Assembly: GCA_015062285.1 (NCBI GenBank)
Contig: SUUY01000003.1
Location: 190,528-254,527, forward strand
DNA length: 64,000 nt
Source of the DNA: Alphaproteobacteria bacterium
GTDB lineage: Bacteria; Pseudomonadota; Alphaproteobacteria; RF32; CAG-239
Direction of reading: 5' to 3'
The position numbers were made by a program, and so were the translations under genes. Positions 50,833 through 63,191 of this stretch are shown piece after piece. Every line of letters begins with the position of its first letter. Positions within the stretch are counted from its first letter, which is position 1. The notes beneath the pieces are model-generated. The model was not told where the DNA came from and did no database searches. It was given only the letters and a program-made list of their open reading frames with translations.

Positions 50833-53643
50833 ATGACAAATGAATATATTGACATTAAAGGCGCAAGAGAGCACAACCTAAAAAATATCAACATTCGATT
50901 ACCCAAAAACAAACTTAATATTATCACCGGCCTTTCAGGTTCGGGAAAATCTTCTCTTGCTTTTGATACAATATATGCAGAAGGACAACGCCGTTATGTT
51001 GAAAGCCTATCTTCATATGCCAGACAGTTTCTTGACTTAATGAAAAAGCCCGATGTTGATTCGATAGAAGGATTATCTCCTGCAATTTCCATTGAACAAA
51101 AAACCACCTCTCACAATCCCAGATCAACGGTTGGTACAGTCACCGAAATATACGACTACATGCGTCTTTTATGGGCAAGAGTTGGAACCCCATATTCCCC
51201 TGTTACCGGTTTACCCATTGAAACACAAACAATTTCACAAATGGTAGACAGCACTCTTGAAATGCCCGAAGGATCAAAACTCCTTCTTCTCGCCCCAATT
51301 GCTCGCGGCAAAAAGGGAGAATTCAAAAAAGAAATTGACGAGCTTCGCAAACAAGGGTTTCAACGTCTTAAAATAGATAACGAGCTATACAACATTGAAG
51401 AAACTCCGGATCTGAACAAAAATCAAAAACATGATATTGAAGTGGTTGTTGACCGTATTATTGTTAAAGAAGGAATTTCCGAACGTTTGGCACAATCTTT
51501 TGAAACAGCATTAAAGCTTAGTGATGGTCTTATATTTATCGAAAATATATCATCGAACGAACGCACTACTTTTTCTTCTAAATTTGCCTGTCCGGTTTCC
51601 GGTTTTACTATCAAAGAGATAGAACCTCGCATATTTTCTTTCAACAATCCTTATGGAGCATGTTCTCACTGCGATGGAATTGGCGCCAAACTTTATATGG
51701 ATCCCGATCGTGTCGTTCCAAATCCTCAACTTTCACTTCAACAAGGGGCTATACTTCCTTGGTTTAGCAGAAAACATGGTTTTTATACCGATACTCTTAC
51801 TTCCCTATGTAATTGGCTCAATATTTCCGAAAAAACTCCATGGAAAGACCTTCCGCAACATGCTAAAAAAATAATATTATATGGCTCAAATGGTGAACCG
51901 GTGCCTATGGATTATCGTCGTTTCACCACCTATAAACCATTTGAAGGAGTAATTAACAATTTAGAACGGCGCTTTTTAGAGAGCGATTCTCAAGCAATAC
52001 GAGATGAATTTGCTCAATATCAATCTGCTGCAATTTGTGAACATTGCCATGGCAAAAGACTGTGTCCTGAAGCTTTAGCTGTCAAAATAGGAGGTCTCGA
52101 TATTATGGATGTTTGCGAGATGTCTATTAATAAATCTCTTTCTTGGTTCAAAGGAATAGGCCCAACTTTAAGTACAAAAAAACAAGAAATTGCCTCTAAA
52201 ATCCTAAAAGAAATAATAGAACGATTGAATTTTTTAAATAATGTAGGCTTAGAGTACCTAAACCTTTCTCGCCAATCAGGAACTCTTTCCGGAGGAGAAG
52301 CACAGCGAATACGTTTAGCCAGTCAAATTGGCTCGGGGCTTACCGGTGTTCTCTATGTGCTTGATGAACCGTCAATTGGCCTACACCAACGGGATAATGA
52401 CCGCTTACTGGAAACCTTAACTAAACTTAGAGACATAGGAAATACCGTAATTGTGGTAGAACATGATGAAGATGCAATCCGCTCTGCCGATTACTTGGTT
52501 GATATGGGTCCGGCAGCAGGAACTCATGGTGGAGAAATTGTTGCCGAAGGTAGTATTAAAGACGTTCTCAAAAACAAAAACAGCATAACTGCACAATATC
52601 TAAATGGCATCAAACAAATCCCTCTCCCCTCCTCTCGCCGCAAAGGCAACGGAAAGTTTATCGGATTGAAGAGTGCAAAAACTAACAACCTGAAAAATAT
52701 TGACCTTAAAATACCATTGGGCACGCTCACATGTATTAGCGGTGTATCAGGAAGCGGAAAATCATCACTTATATTAGAAACTCTTTGCAAGGCCATAGAA
52801 CGTGAATTATTTAATTCCAGAGAGCCCGGAGCGATATATGAAAAACTCATTGGTGGAGAAAACATTGATAAACTAATCAACATTGATCAATCGCCTATCG
52901 GCCGCACTCCGCGTTCTAACCCGGCTACATACACTGGGGTGTTTGATCACATACGCAACTGGTTTGCCGGCCTTCCCGAAGCCAAAGCAAGAGGATATAA
53001 CGCAGGCCGATTTTCTTTCAATGTTGCAGGAGGCAGATGTGAAGCTTGTAAAGGAGACGGAGTTACTAAAATTGAGATGCACTTTCTTCCTGATGTATAT
53101 ATTGAATGCGATGAATGCAAAGGAAAAAGGTTTAATCGTGAAACACTAGAAATAAAATATAAGAACAAATCAATTGCCGATATTTTAGACATGACTGTCG
53201 ATGATGCGTTTGAATTTTTCAATGCCATTCCTGCTATAAAAAATCGCATCGAATTATTACGAAAAGTCGGCCTTGGCTACATAAAACTGGGGCAGCCGGC
53301 AACCACCTTATCAGGCGGCGAAGCTCAACGTATAAAACTGGCAAAAGAACTGTCTAAACGGGCAACCGGTAAAACACTATATGTTCTAGATGAACCAACT
53401 ACCGGCCTTCACTTTGAAGACATAAACAAACTCCTAAAAGTTTTACAAACGCTAGTAGATCAAGGAAACTCAATTATTGTAATTGAACACAATTTAGACG
53501 TTATAAAAACCGCCGATTATATTATCGATATGGGACCGGAAGGCGGTGACAAAGGAGGACAAATTGTTGTACAAGGGACACCTGAACAAGTGGCAAAATC
53601 GGACATAAGCTATACTGCTAAATACTTAAGAGAAAAACTTTAG
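50833..53643 (+). CDS. uvrA: Excinuclease ABC subunit A
   Basis: Start [19 protein letters not shown] with an AGGAG SD. Two ABC ATPase modules (GLSGSGKSS and GVSGSGKSS) and zinc fingers (CPVSGF…CSHCDG; CEACKGDG…CDECKGKR). The track ORF starts 111 nt earlier. Confidence 0.97.
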   Translation: MTNEYIDIKGAREHNLKNINIRLPKNKLNIITGLSGSGKSSLAFDTIYAEGQRRYVESLSSYARQFLDLMKKPDVDSIEGLSPAISIEQKTTSHNPRSTVGTVTEIYDYMRLLWARVGTPYSPVTGLPIETQTISQMVDSTLEMPEGSKLLLLAPIARGKKGEFKKEIDELRKQGFQRLKIDNELYNIEETPDLNKNQKHDIEVVVDRIIVKEGISERLAQSFETALKLSDGLIFIENISSNERTTFSSKFACPVSGFTIKEIEPRIFSFNNPYGACSHCDGIGAKLYMDPDRVVPNPQLSLQQGAILPWFSRKHGFYTDTLTSLCNWLNISEKTPWKDLPQHAKKIILYGSNGEPVPMDYRRFTTYKPFEGVINNLERRFLESDSQAIRDEFAQYQSAAICEHCHGKRLCPEALAVKIGGLDIMDVCEMSINKSLSWFKGIGPTLSTKKQEIASKILKEIIERLNFLNNVGLEYLNLSRQSGTLSGGEAQRIRLASQIGSGLTGVLYVLDEPSIGLHQRDNDRLLETLTKLRDIGNTVIVVEHDEDAIRSADYLVDMGPAAGTHGGEIVAEGSIKDVLKNKNSITAQYLNGIKQIPLPSSRRKGNGKFIGLKSAKTNNLKNIDLKIPLGTLTCISGVSGSGKSSLILETLCKAIERELFNSREPGAIYEKLIGGENIDKLINIDQSPIGRTPRSNPATYTGVFDHIRNWFAGLPEAKARGYNAGRFSFNVAGGRCEACKGDGVTKIEMHFLPDVYIECDECKGKRFNRETLEIKYKNKSIADILDMTVDDAFEFFNAIPAIKNRIELLRKVGLGYIKLGQPATTLSGGEAQRIKLAKELSKRATGKTLYVLDEPTTGLHFEDINKLLKVLQTLVDQGNSIIVIEHNLDVIKTADYIIDMGPEGGDKGGQIVVQGTPEQVAKSDISYTAKYLREKL

Positions 53644-55184
53644 AATATTTTTTTAGCTTTTGCACGAGAAGATAACATTAAATTATAAGAATACTTAACA
53701 GAACGACACATCGCAACAAATTCAGGAGCATGGTTTCCTCCTTTTTCCAGTATGCCACATAAAGCATCAACATCTTTTTTTGTATAGTTATTCTTTACTA
53801 CGATATCACTAAACATCTTAGTCATACTGTTGTGAAAATTAAGATTAAAATCACCACTAACGTCATCTGTTGTTAAAACAGATGATGCATAGATTTGAGC
53901 AATATCTTTTACCAATTCTTTATTAACATTTCGTTTTCGCTTTTTAGGTGTTGCATCATCAAACAAAACACCAACCTCCATATTTAATTCCATATAGTTA
54001 GCATTTTCGCTAACTAATTTTTCCAATAATCTGGAATCAATATTCTTACAAGAAGAATTAATTTTTGCATATTGACACAAATACTCGGCATAAGTTCTAA
54101 CTAATTTATTATTTGGTACAATATTTCCATCTTCTAATTGTGCAAATATCAGTTTAGCCTTTGCATTGTACCTATTTACCTCATCTGCAGATATTTTTCT
54201 TTCGCCAAATATGGATTTATTAACAATACTCATTTTTTTGATTAATATATCTGTAGGAGTATTTTGTCCTTCCAAAAATAAAGCTAAATCCTCTGAATAT
54301 CTAAGACCGCTCTCTTTTAAGCGACGAGAAATATATTCTCTAACGTTATCCCCAAAATCATATACGGCATTTTTAATACCAAGTTTTCCCTCGCTATCAA
54401 AAAACGTTTTACCTTGCAAATAATATGAATTAATTGCTGCATTTTCTAATATTGGCAACGCCAACTCCACAAAATCATTACTTTTTGAACTTTTAGCTTT
54501 ACTATATACTTGATTTAGCAATTTAATCGTATTAGATACAACCCACTCTCTATTTTCCTTAGTTTCACCAATATCATAATAAGCCAGTTTACCAATCAAA
54601 AAACCATATACTCCGCTTCTATCTGTTTTTTTATAAGAAAAAAACCAGTCTAATGCCTTAATTCTGTCTTCAACACTCATTTTATTAGCAAAACATGATA
54701 ATATATCGGCTTTATCTTTTTCAAAACGATCATGTTTTTTATAAAACACACTTTGAGAAGAACCTTTATTCAAATCATTATCTAGACTACACTTTGTAAG
54801 TAAATTCCAAAACAAACGCCCGGCATACCTTGGCTGCTCATTAACTTCGTGCATAATCACATACTCTTTGACCATTTCTTTAATAAAATCAGCATTACTT
54901 CTGATTTTATCAGATTGACCAAAGTAAATTATTTTATTGGCACCATATTTTGTAGGAGTTCCGCATAGCTTTTTAAGATTCTCATATGAATTTGGGGCTT
55001 CTTCAGATAAATTAAAACCATCCATATATGACACAACAACCTCTGGCATAAAGTTGCTATTATACACTCCATTATCATGCAAATCCTTAAATAACTTAAG
55101 AATAGAATTCAAAAACTTATCTTCGTTTATAACAGAACCACTCTCTTCGGCCATGCCAAGCTCCTTTCTGTCTTTTTTTGTCAT
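53640..55184 (-). CDS. Large hypothetical cytoplasmic protein (514 aa), very AT-rich; candidate lineage-specific or effector-like protein
   Basis: No TM helices, signal peptide or motifs recognised. Its stop overlaps the uvrA stop (convergent 4 nt overlap). About 27% GC. Confidence 0.45.
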   Translation of the reverse strand: MTKKDRKELGMAEESGSVINEDKFLNSILKLFKDLHDNGVYNSNFMPEVVVSYMDGFNLSEEAPNSYENLKKLCGTPTKYGANKIIYFGQSDKIRSNADFIKEMVKEYVIMHEVNEQPRYAGRLFWNLLTKCSLDNDLNKGSSQSVFYKKHDRFEKDKADILSCFANKMSVEDRIKALDWFFSYKKTDRSGVYGFLIGKLAYYDIGETKENREWVVSNTIKLLNQVYSKAKSSKSNDFVELALPILENAAINSYYLQGKTFFDSEGKLGIKNAVYDFGDNVREYISRRLKESGLRYSEDLALFLEGQNTPTDILIKKMSIVNKSIFGERKISADEVNRYNAKAKLIFAQLEDGNIVPNNKLVRTYAEYLCQYAKINSSCKNIDSRLLEKLVSENANYMELNMEVGVLFDDATPKKRKRNVNKELVKDIAQIYASSVLTTDDVSGDFNLNFHNSMTKMFSDIVVKNNYTKKDVDALCGILEKGGNHAPEFVAMCRSVKYSYNLMLSSRAKAKKIF

Positions 55185-55229
55185 TATACACTATTTTGCA
55201 CAAAAAACAATAAAAAATCTAATACCAAA

Positions 55230-57047
55230 CTAAAAATAATGTTTTAATCCGATCATGCTTTCATCTATATCTTTGCCGTATTTCTGTTCATATTTATAAT
55301 CAAACGCCAAAGCCCAGTTGCGAGTTAAAGAAAAACTTCCTTCAAATTTATATATAATTTTATTACCAAACTTATTGCTCGCCCATATTTTTTCGGTTTC
55401 TGCCAAAAATCTGACTTTTTGCCAATCTGCCAATATTCCTATATTTGCCCCTATTCCTCCCCACTGATTATTAGGAATAAAACCGCCGTATGCTCCTCGC
55501 AAATTAGCCATTGCAAATACCCAAATATTATTATCCAGAGCATATGCCCCGCCAACACCAGCTATCAAATTAGCAACATATCCTTCTTCACCGCTCCGAT
55601 TTTCTTCTCTATCTACATTTGCCATAATTTGAAAAGATAACGGAGTAAACAACTCGTCTATCGGAGCAATAGATCTAATTCCCAATAAATCAAATTTTTG
55701 TAATACATATTTATCGTCTTTGTCATAATGTCTTATTGTAGTATTCAAAAAATTGATTTCTGCTCCTCGCAAAAATCCATAACTGTCATCACTCAAAGAA
55801 TGATATGCCGGACGATAAGATATTTCTTCAAAAACATCTCCGTTTTTCACACCTACACCCATTGTAATCCTCATGGAATCATGAGCCATAAAAGGCTCTT
55901 CATCAGGTATTACTTCTGAATTTGCATCTGATTTGATTTTGCTTCTTGCTCTTAAAACAGCAAAACTTTGTTTTCGATAATCCTTAAGTTCAATTTTTTT
56001 TGCTATGTATTGATACTGTAAATATTGATATGCCGTTTCCAAAACATTTGCATCATCAATATCATTAGCATTTTTTTGTTCTAATAAATCGGCCAAAGAC
56101 CGTTGTTCTCTTTTATTCATTTTGGCAAATCGAGCTTTAATCTGTTTTTGCCTTGATGGTCGATAATTATATGACTTAACCAAATTAGGAGTATTATAAA
56201 CCGCTTTTAAGGTATCCAGAGGAATAACTTGCACCGGAAATTTCTGTGCCAATTTCAATGACGGTCTTACAGCATCAAGAACTTCCAACAGCATATAAGA
56301 GCAATTACGCTCAAAAAAATAATACCTTGATTGTGCTTGTCCAACCTCCCATAAATGAGCCACCAAAAAATCAAGTTCTTCTTTTGTAAAGTTTAGTTCA
56401 AACTCCCATATATCTCTATTTTCAATATTGTTATAAGTGTTTATTATATCATAATACGGCTTTACGGTAAAACCTCCATAATATCCGCCAAAGAGCCCCA
56501 ACAAAGGGTACAACGGCCCAGGGTTATCTCCCATATATGCTCCATAATTAGCACCATGAGCCAACATTTGTGTCCCTTTACGTGAGGTATCTATACGTAA
56601 CAAGGTATGCCCGAAAAGCGAAGCCGGACTTCCCATATATGCATCGGTAAATAAAAAAGTTGCACCTTTAGGACGCAAGTCCTGATAAAATTGTTCGTAT
56701 TCATCACACTTAGGAAATTCTGTTTTTATCAGATTATTTTTTTTCAAAAGCATATAGCGAGAGGGAAACAAACACTTTTTTTCGTCATCAGACTTGTCAA
56801 ATAAAGCTATTGTTGCTTCTAACTCAAATTTAGGATCAGATTTTCCTTTTTCACTTAAAAAGAAATTTGGCGTATCTATTGTGCTTTCATATCCAAACAA
56901 ATCTGACTGATAATGCCCTACTGCCAACCACTCATCAGAATAAGCAAAATCGTCGTTTGCCTTGGCATTTCCGCATAGCAAAAAACAAACAAAGATCAAA
57001 TAAAAAAGATTTTTGACTTTTTTAAAACAACAAAACATTTTTAACAA
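55230..57047 (-). CDS. DUF4105-domain protein with a putative C-terminal outer-membrane beta-barrel
   Basis: Signal peptide. DUF4105-like block DAYMGSPASLFGHTLLRID…NYGAY…RYYFFERNCSYMLLEVL. The C-terminus alternates aromatic residues and ends …LKHYF. Confidence 0.6.
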   Translation of the reverse strand: MLKMFCCFKKVKNLFYLIFVCFLLCGNAKANDDFAYSDEWLAVGHYQSDLFGYESTIDTPNFFLSEKGKSDPKFELEATIALFDKSDDEKKCLFPSRYMLLKKNNLIKTEFPKCDEYEQFYQDLRPKGATFLFTDAYMGSPASLFGHTLLRIDTSRKGTQMLAHGANYGAYMGDNPGPLYPLLGLFGGYYGGFTVKPYYDIINTYNNIENRDIWEFELNFTKEELDFLVAHLWEVGQAQSRYYFFERNCSYMLLEVLDAVRPSLKLAQKFPVQVIPLDTLKAVYNTPNLVKSYNYRPSRQKQIKARFAKMNKREQRSLADLLEQKNANDIDDANVLETAYQYLQYQYIAKKIELKDYRKQSFAVLRARSKIKSDANSEVIPDEEPFMAHDSMRITMGVGVKNGDVFEEISYRPAYHSLSDDSYGFLRGAEINFLNTTIRHYDKDDKYVLQKFDLLGIRSIAPIDELFTPLSFQIMANVDREENRSGEEGYVANLIAGVGGAYALDNNIWVFAMANLRGAYGGFIPNNQWGGIGANIGILADWQKVRFLAETEKIWASNKFGNKIIYKFEGSFSLTRNWALAFDYKYEQKYGKDIDESMIGLKHYF

Positions 57048-57163
57048 CTAAAAGCTTAAGAACGCTTTAGATAGAGTGACAAAAACCCAATATACTCAAA
57101 CAGCACATGAACTTTTATCACTCTATTAAATCGCTTCAAAAAAACATTATGCAAATTTTTTAT

Positions 57164-57616
57164 CTAGGCTAATTGCATAACTTTCAATGTCAAGTCAACT
57201 GCCTCAACATTTTCATCGGCAAACAAATATGCAAAATGAGCTTGAGCTTTAAGACCAAACTCTTTGCTATCAACATTCAAAATACCTGCAACAGTATCGA
57301 TAGTTTCACCTTTTCCGGCCGCCACATCAATAGCAAATTGTTCCATATTATTTTCTAAAAAAGCAAGCATCATACGACCTGTTCCACCGGAAATACGTCC
57401 GTTAGGATCACAACCAGATGTTCCGAATGTAATACCGAATGTCTGATTAAAAAACAAACCATTTGTTGTTACTGCCAATACTTGAGGACCAATTCCGGCT
57501 TGGCCACGCCATGCCATAGACCCAAGTCCGCAACCGGTACTATCAATAGCCGAAGCCGGAGCAGATACCAACATTGCGGCTCCGGTCAATAACGATGCAA
57601 TATAAATTTTTTTCAT
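57164..57616 (-). CDS. DUF3015 family secreted protein
   Basis: Signal peptide MKKIYIASLLTGAAMLVSAPASA. Conserved STGCGLGSMAW…GITFGTSGCDPNG. Confidence 0.55.
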   Translation of the reverse strand: MKKIYIASLLTGAAMLVSAPASAIDSTGCGLGSMAWRGQAGIGPQVLAVTTNGLFFNQTFGITFGTSGCDPNGRISGGTGRMMLAFLENNMEQFAIDVAAGKGETIDTVAGILNVDSKEFGLKAQAHFAYLFADENVEAVDLTLKVMQLA

Positions 57617-57811
57617 ATAATAAACTCCTCTGATTTATTTTAGGATTGTAGTTTATCATATCATCTGTAAAAGTATATAACAAAATAATATCTTGATTTA
57701 TTTTTTTTTGCTGTTACATTTAGCACATATTAAAACTAGCTTGAGCTGTGATGGATTTATCCTTCGCAGTTCATTTTTTCTAACTCAAAACAAACTAATA
57801 AAGGTGATATT

Positions 57812-58285
57812 ATGGAAAAATTTCCTTTAACCAAAGTTGGATTTGAAGCTTTGGAACTAGAATTAAAAAACCTCAAAGGTGTTGAACGCCCAAACATTAT
57901 TGCAGCTATTGATGAAGCTCGTTCTCATGGTGACTTATCTGAAAATGCCGAATATTCTGCTGCCAAAGAAAAACAAAGTTTTATCGAAGGCCGTATTCAA
58001 GACTTAGAGGCTGTTTTGAGCCGAGCTCAAGTTATTGACGTTGCCAAAGCTAACTACGACGTTGTACGTTTTGGAGCAACAGTCACCGTGGCTGATGAAG
58101 ACACCGATGAAGAAAAAACATATCAAATTGTTGGTGACTATGAAGCCGATATCGAAAAAAATAAGATTTCTTTGTCTTCACCTTTGGCTAAGGCCCTTAT
58201 TGGTAAAGAAGTTGGCGATTCTGCAGCTTATATGGCACCCGGTGGTCGCAAATCATTTGAGGTTGTAGAAATTCAATACATTTAA
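57812..58285 (+). CDS. greA: Transcription elongation factor GreA
   Basis: 157 aa protein, MEKFPLTKVGFEALELELKNLKGVERPNIIAAIDEARSHGDLSENAEYSAAKEKQSFIEGRI…. Confidence 0.95.
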   Translation: MEKFPLTKVGFEALELELKNLKGVERPNIIAAIDEARSHGDLSENAEYSAAKEKQSFIEGRIQDLEAVLSRAQVIDVAKANYDVVRFGATVTVADEDTDEEKTYQIVGDYEADIEKNKISLSSPLAKALIGKEVGDSAAYMAPGGRKSFEVVEIQYI

Positions 58286-58308
58286 AAAACACTCTTTTGA
58301 TATTATAT

Positions 58309-58337
58309 AAAAAACCACTAGCAATAGTGGTTTTTTT
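58309..58337 (+). terminator. Rho-independent terminator after greA
   Basis: Sequence aaaaAACCACTAgcaaTAGTGGTTtttttg. Confidence 0.8.
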
Positions 58338-58358
58338 GTAATTACAAAGGAGATAAAT

Positions 58359-58562
58359 ATGGATACCAGAGAATATAAATCATGTGATACAACTTCTTAT
58401 GAATGTCGAGAAGATGACAACAGCGGATGCACTTTCCCTAATAATGTACAACACTATAAAGACAAAAAAACAACCATAAATCGCGTAATAAAAGACAGTG
58501 TCTGCATTTGTACTCCCCAAGAATGCAGTTGCTCAGTAGAACAAACAGAAATTGACAATTAA
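58359..58562 (+). CDS. Small cysteine-rich acidic protein (67 aa, 7 Cys), unknown function
   Basis: A strong SD, AAGGAGATAAATATG, with clean placement between the greA terminator and trxB. Cys at positions 9, 16, 24, 49, 51, 56 and 58 (…CICTPQECSC…). Confidence 0.45.
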   Translation: MDTREYKSCDTTSYECREDDNSGCTFPNNVQHYKDKKTTINRVIKDSVCICTPQECSCSVEQTEIDN

Positions 58563-58612
58563 CCATATCATCATATATTATTAATCCACCGTTTAGTCTG
58601 TGGAGATGTACT

Positions 58613-59551
58613 ATGGCAGAATATAAAAGCAAAGTTCTAATTATCGGATCCGGCCCAGCCGGCTATACTGCCGGAATTTATGCTGCTCGCTCCGGCTTAA
58701 GACCGATTTTAGTATCCGGAAATCAAGTCGGAGGACAACTGACCATTACTACCGATGTCGAAAACTTTCCCGGTTTTGCAGATCCGATATCAGGGGCGGA
58801 ACTAATGCAACAAATGAAACAACAGGCCCTGAATGTCGGGGTGCAATTTGTTGAAGATTTTATTGTAGAAGTAGATTTTGCTAATCGCCCTTTTGTTTGC
58901 AGCTCCGAAAAAAACAATGTTTTTATTGCTGATAGTATTATTATATCTACCGGAGCATCTGCTCGATGGTTAGATATTCCAAGCGAACTAAAATACAGAG
59001 GCTTTGGAGTTTCTGGCTGTGCTACTTGTGACGGATTCTTTTATCGCGGAAAAGATGTAGCCGTTGTCGGAGGTGGAAACACCGCCGCAGAAGAAGCTCT
59101 TCACTTAACCAATTTTGCCAATTCCGTAACTATTATACACCGCCGAGATACTTTGCGCGCTGATCAATCTCTACAAAAGAAACTTAGTCAAAACAACAAA
59201 ATACGCATCGAATGGGATTCTGTGGTTGAAGAAGTTTTGGGCTCTGAAAATCCTTTAAGTGTAACAGGTATAAAAATAAAAAATGTTAAAACTGACATTA
59301 CCAAAACCCTAAAAGTAGATGGTGTATTTATTGCAATCGGACATCACCCTAATACAGAACTCTTCAAAGAGCAACTGGCCCTTACCCCCGAAGGATATAT
59401 TATAACAGCTCCGGATAGTTGCCAAACTAATATTGAAGGAATTTTTGCTGCCGGCGATGTTCAAAACCCAAACTTCAGACAAGCGGTTGTTGCCGCCGGC
59501 TCAGGTTGCATTGCCGCCCTCGAAGCCGAAAAATTCCTAAACGGCAATTAG
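58613..59551 (+). CDS. trxB: Thioredoxin-disulfide reductase
   Basis: FAD-binding GSGPAGYTAG, the redox-active CATCDG, and NADPH-binding GGGNTAAEEA. Confidence 0.95.
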   Translation: MAEYKSKVLIIGSGPAGYTAGIYAARSGLRPILVSGNQVGGQLTITTDVENFPGFADPISGAELMQQMKQQALNVGVQFVEDFIVEVDFANRPFVCSSEKNNVFIADSIIISTGASARWLDIPSELKYRGFGVSGCATCDGFFYRGKDVAVVGGGNTAAEEALHLTNFANSVTIIHRRDTLRADQSLQKKLSQNNKIRIEWDSVVEEVLGSENPLSVTGIKIKNVKTDITKTLKVDGVFIAIGHHPNTELFKEQLALTPEGYIITAPDSCQTNIEGIFAAGDVQNPNFRQAVVAAGSGCIAALEAEKFLNGN

Positions 59552-59580
59552 CTACCTTCATTATACAAATTTTCACATAA

Positions 59581-60810
59581 CTACTCATACCGCAATGCTG
59601 ATATCGGATTAAGCTGTGATGCCTTATATGCCGGATAAAAACCAAAAAACAAACCAACAAATCCGGCAAATGAAAATGGCAACAAAACATAAAAAACAGA
59701 TACTTTAGGTGTTAACGTCGAAAAAACGCTCACCAACTCAATACCGGCAAATCCGAGGATTACTCCAAACATCCCTCCCAATAGAGACAACACTAACGCC
59801 TCTGTCAAAAATTGCCAACGAATATCCCATGCCTTGGCTCCTATCGCCATACGAATTCCTATTTCTCTTGTTCGTTCGGTAACTGACACAAGCATTATAT
59901 TCATAATACCTATACCGCCGACCAACAAAGAAATAGAGGCAATAGATCCTAACAAAATAGTCATAATTTTGGTAGAATTTTCCATCATCTCCATCATTTG
60001 CGTCAAATTCATAATCACAAAGTCATCATCTTTGTTTATGCCCAGATTATGGCGTTGACGCAATAATTGCCTTATCTCGTCTTGGGCTGTATAAGTACTT
60101 TGTGTATCAACAGCCTGCAACATAATATGCCTTACCTGATCCGGCAAAACTGTACCCATCACTTTTTTTTGAGCTGTTGAAATCGGAATAAACACAACAT
60201 CGTCTTGATCGTGCCCCATGCTGTTTTGTCCGCGTTTTTTCATAACTCCGACAACTTGAAACGGAATTCCTTTAATCCTGATAACCCTTCCCAGCGGATC
60301 AAGATCACCAAACAACTCATGCACCACCGTTTGCCCTAAGATAGCTGTTTTAGACGCATTTTTTACATCTGTTTCACTAAACAACCGTCCATACGCCAAG
60401 TCCCAATCTTTAATTTCAAACAATCGATTATCTGTTCCGGTAACACCGGTTGCCCAGTTGGCATTGCCATATACAATTTGCGTAGTTTCTTCCAATACCG
60501 GAGCCGCAAGCCTGATTTTGGCAATCTTTTCTTGTATAGCATCACCATCAGCAGCCTTCATTGTCGGTTGCGATCCGTGCCCTCCTCGCGCACCGCTTGA
60601 AGTTGCCACTCCGGATCGCACAATAATAAGGTTTGACCCCATACTTTTCATTTCATTTTGCAGCGAAATTTGAGCTCCGTTTCCGATTGCCAACATCACT
60701 ATAACTGCAGCCACCCCGATAATTATTCCCAAACTGGTAAGCACCGAACGCATTTTGTTCGCTTTTATAGCTCGAGTAGCAATTTTAAATATGGTTTTCA
60801 TATCACTCAT
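59581..60810 (-). CDS. ABC transporter permease, MacB/LolE-like (FtsX domain plus MacB periplasmic core)
   Basis: 409 aa. An N-terminal TM helix, a large periplasmic domain and a C-terminal three-TM FtsX domain. Confidence 0.85.
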   Translation of the reverse strand: MSDMKTIFKIATRAIKANKMRSVLTSLGIIIGVAAVIVMLAIGNGAQISLQNEMKSMGSNLIIVRSGVATSSGARGGHGSQPTMKAADGDAIQEKIAKIRLAAPVLEETTQIVYGNANWATGVTGTDNRLFEIKDWDLAYGRLFSETDVKNASKTAILGQTVVHELFGDLDPLGRVIRIKGIPFQVVGVMKKRGQNSMGHDQDDVVFIPISTAQKKVMGTVLPDQVRHIMLQAVDTQSTYTAQDEIRQLLRQRHNLGINKDDDFVIMNLTQMMEMMENSTKIMTILLGSIASISLLVGGIGIMNIMLVSVTERTREIGIRMAIGAKAWDIRWQFLTEALVLSLLGGMFGVILGFAGIELVSVFSTLTPKVSVFYVLLPFSFAGFVGLFFGFYPAYKASQLNPISALRYE

Positions 60811-61499
60811 TTTTTTGCTACCTCTTCATCAGATTGAATCTCACCATCAACAATTTTAATAATTCTGTTTGCATATTTAGCAATATCTTCTTCGTGGGTA
60901 ACCAAAATTATGGTTCGCCCCAAATTCCTATTTAGTTTGGTGAACAAATCCATAATTTCCACACTCATTTTAGTATCTAAATTTCCGGTAGGTTCATCAG
61001 CAAAAATAATTGGAGCTTCATTAACAACAGCTCGAGCAATTGCCACACGTTGCTGCTGACCTCCTGATAGCTGATTCGGTAGATGATCCATCCTGTCTGC
61101 CAAACCAACCTTGGCCAGAGCTTCTGTCGCTCGCTTTTTTCGTTCACTTTCAATTATATTGGAATAAACCATCGGCAATTCTACATTTTCAAGAGCCGTT
61201 GTCCTTGAAAGCAAATTAAACCCCTGGAATACGAATCCTATTTTTTTGTTTCTGATCTCAGCCAATTCGTCAAGGCCCAATCCTTCAACTTGTTTTCCAT
61301 CAAGAAAATAGCTCCCCGAGCTTGGTCGATCCAAACACCCCAAAATATTCATCAATGTAGACTTTCCCGAACCCGAAGGTCCCATAATTGCCACAAACTC
61401 ACCTTGTTCAATCTGCAACGAAATTCCTTTTAAGATTTGCAGTTGCACTTCACCCAAAGGATATGATTTGGTAATATTTTTAAGTTCTATCAAAGCCAT
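60807..61499 (-). CDS. ABC transporter ATP-binding protein (MacB/LolD-type)
   Basis: Walker [10 protein letters not shown], signature [14 protein letters not shown] and Walker [13 protein letters not shown]. It overlaps the permease gene by 4 nt. Confidence 0.9.
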   Translation of the reverse strand: MALIELKNITKSYPLGEVQLQILKGISLQIEQGEFVAIMGPSGSGKSTLMNILGCLDRPSSGSYFLDGKQVEGLGLDELAEIRNKKIGFVFQGFNLLSRTTALENVELPMVYSNIIESERKKRATEALAKVGLADRMDHLPNQLSGGQQQRVAIARAVVNEAPIIFADEPTGNLDTKMSVEIMDLFTKLNRNLGRTIILVTHEEDIAKYANRIIKIVDGEIQSDEEVAKK

Positions 61500-62659
61500 T
61501 ATCTCGGCATCCTCATTCTCATCTCACGGGCTTGGGTTGTCTCATTTTTATTATCTACAATTATTTCCATACCTTGAGTTAGATTTTTTCCGACAACTTC
61601 CGTAAAATCATCATTACTCACACCAGTATTTATAACTAAGCGTTCCGGCTTGTTATTATTTAAGACCCACAATCCGCGATCTTTGTAGCGTACACTCTCG
61701 CCGTTTTCGTCTGTAACATAAAAACGCAAAGCTTTGTTTGGCACCAATAGCACCCCTTTCTTCTGAGCTGTAATAATTTCAACATTTGCTGTCATACCCG
61801 GTTTAATCTTTAGGTCCTTATTATCAATTTCAATAATAACTTCATAGGTCACTACATTAGAAGTTGTTATAGGATTATTACGCACTTGTGTTACTATTCC
61901 GTAAAAAACTTCATCAGGAAAACTATCGACACTAAATTCAACTGTTTGCCCCTCTTTAACTTTGGCAATATCAGCTTCCACCACCGATGCTTCTATTTGC
62001 ATTTTGGTTAAATCTTCTGCCACATTAAACAATGTTGGGGTCTGAAAACTTGCAGCCACGGTCTGCCCCACTTCCACCTCTTTAGATACGACAATCCCAT
62101 TAACCGGAGAAATAATTTTCGTATATCGCAAATCTATCTCTGCCTGAGACAAAGCGGCTTCAGCTTGCAAAACTTGTGCTTGTTTCAATGCTTTTTGCAC
62201 CACGGCATTATCATAATCACGTTGCGCTGTTTCAAGCTCCTTATCCGTAGAATATTTTGATGTATTTAATTTTTTTATGCGATTTAAGTGTTTTTGATAA
62301 TATACAATGTCATTTTCAACCACTGCCACTTCTGCTTTGGCAATATCTAGTGATGCTTTGCGTTGAGCCACAGTAGCCTCAAACAACGCAGGATCAATTT
62401 GAGCCAAAAGTTGGCCTTCTGTCACCGGAGTATTATAATCTACAAAAATCTCTGCAATAGTACCGGAAACTTGTGTTCCGATGTTTATGGTAGAAATCGG
62501 ATTTATAATCCCCGATGCCGTAATTTTTTGAGTAATTTCACCTTTTTCAATCTTTTGAGTTATATATTCCCGCTCATCTTTTTTGCAAGCTGATACACCC
62601 ATAACCAAAGATAAAGCCACACCGGCACAAAGCACTGAAATTCCAACCTTTTTATTCAT
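61499..62659 (-). CDS. HlyD/MacA-family periplasmic adaptor (membrane-fusion) protein
   Basis: N-terminal lipobox or TM ([12 protein letters not shown]), long coiled-coil hairpin, beta-barrel and MP domains. It overlaps the ATPase gene by 1 nt, giving an MFP-ATPase-permease operon. Confidence 0.8.
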   Translation of the reverse strand: MNKKVGISVLCAGVALSLVMGVSACKKDEREYITQKIEKGEITQKITASGIINPISTINIGTQVSGTIAEIFVDYNTPVTEGQLLAQIDPALFEATVAQRKASLDIAKAEVAVVENDIVYYQKHLNRIKKLNTSKYSTDKELETAQRDYDNAVVQKALKQAQVLQAEAALSQAEIDLRYTKIISPVNGIVVSKEVEVGQTVAASFQTPTLFNVAEDLTKMQIEASVVEADIAKVKEGQTVEFSVDSFPDEVFYGIVTQVRNNPITTSNVVTYEVIIEIDNKDLKIKPGMTANVEIITAQKKGVLLVPNKALRFYVTDENGESVRYKDRGLWVLNNNKPERLVINTGVSNDDFTEVVGKNLTQGMEIIVDNKNETTQAREMRMRMPR

Positions 62660-62859
62660 AATTTATTCTCCGAACATATATTCTATATATAGTAACGAAT
62701 AAAATATAAAAAAAGTTTTAAAATAACTCTTGAAAGCTAAAAAAATTTTGTCTATATTTACTGGCACGTATTCTTATTTACACATAATTATTAACGCCGA
62801 GGTTCTTTTAGTATAAGAATACAAAACCCAAAAGGACCAAAGCACAAAACCCATTTTTT

Positions 62860-63186
62860 ATGAGTAGTACTAAAAAAACTCAACCTGCTCAGAACAATGA
62901 GCTTTTAAGAGCAGTCATGAATGCCCTTAAGGAAAAAGCACCTAAAGGCTACATCTTGACCAATGTCAACCCACAGCTGAAAGAGATTGCCCGAATTGGA
63001 TCCCACTCTCATAAGTGTTGGACCTCTTGGGCGGAAAACCCAGACGGAGCAAAGAAGAACCTTGTGTTCGCCGATCAGGAAAAGGTAGAAAGATACATTA
63101 CCAATCCGGAAGACAACAACTTCTCCGTGAAGGTAATTTCCCCTGATGAGCTTTCCGGCTATGAAATCCACTCTGTAAAGATGTAA
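62860..63186 (+). CDS. Hypothetical protein (108 aa)
   Basis: ORF with comparatively high GC (about 44%). No motifs recognised. Confidence 0.45.
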   Translation: MSSTKKTQPAQNNELLRAVMNALKEKAPKGYILTNVNPQLKEIARIGSHSHKCWTSWAENPDGAKKNLVFADQEKVERYITNPEDNNFSVKVISPDELSGYEIHSVKM

Positions 63187-63191
63187 TCATC

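Noticed and set aside
59581-62659. MacAB-like ABC efflux operon next to trxB as a bacteriocin or RiPP export system for the nearby Cys-rich peptide
   Set aside because: The peptide and the transporter are on opposite strands and separated by trxB. The transporter has the standard housekeeping MacA-MacB/LolCDE-like architecture. There is no evidence for a link.
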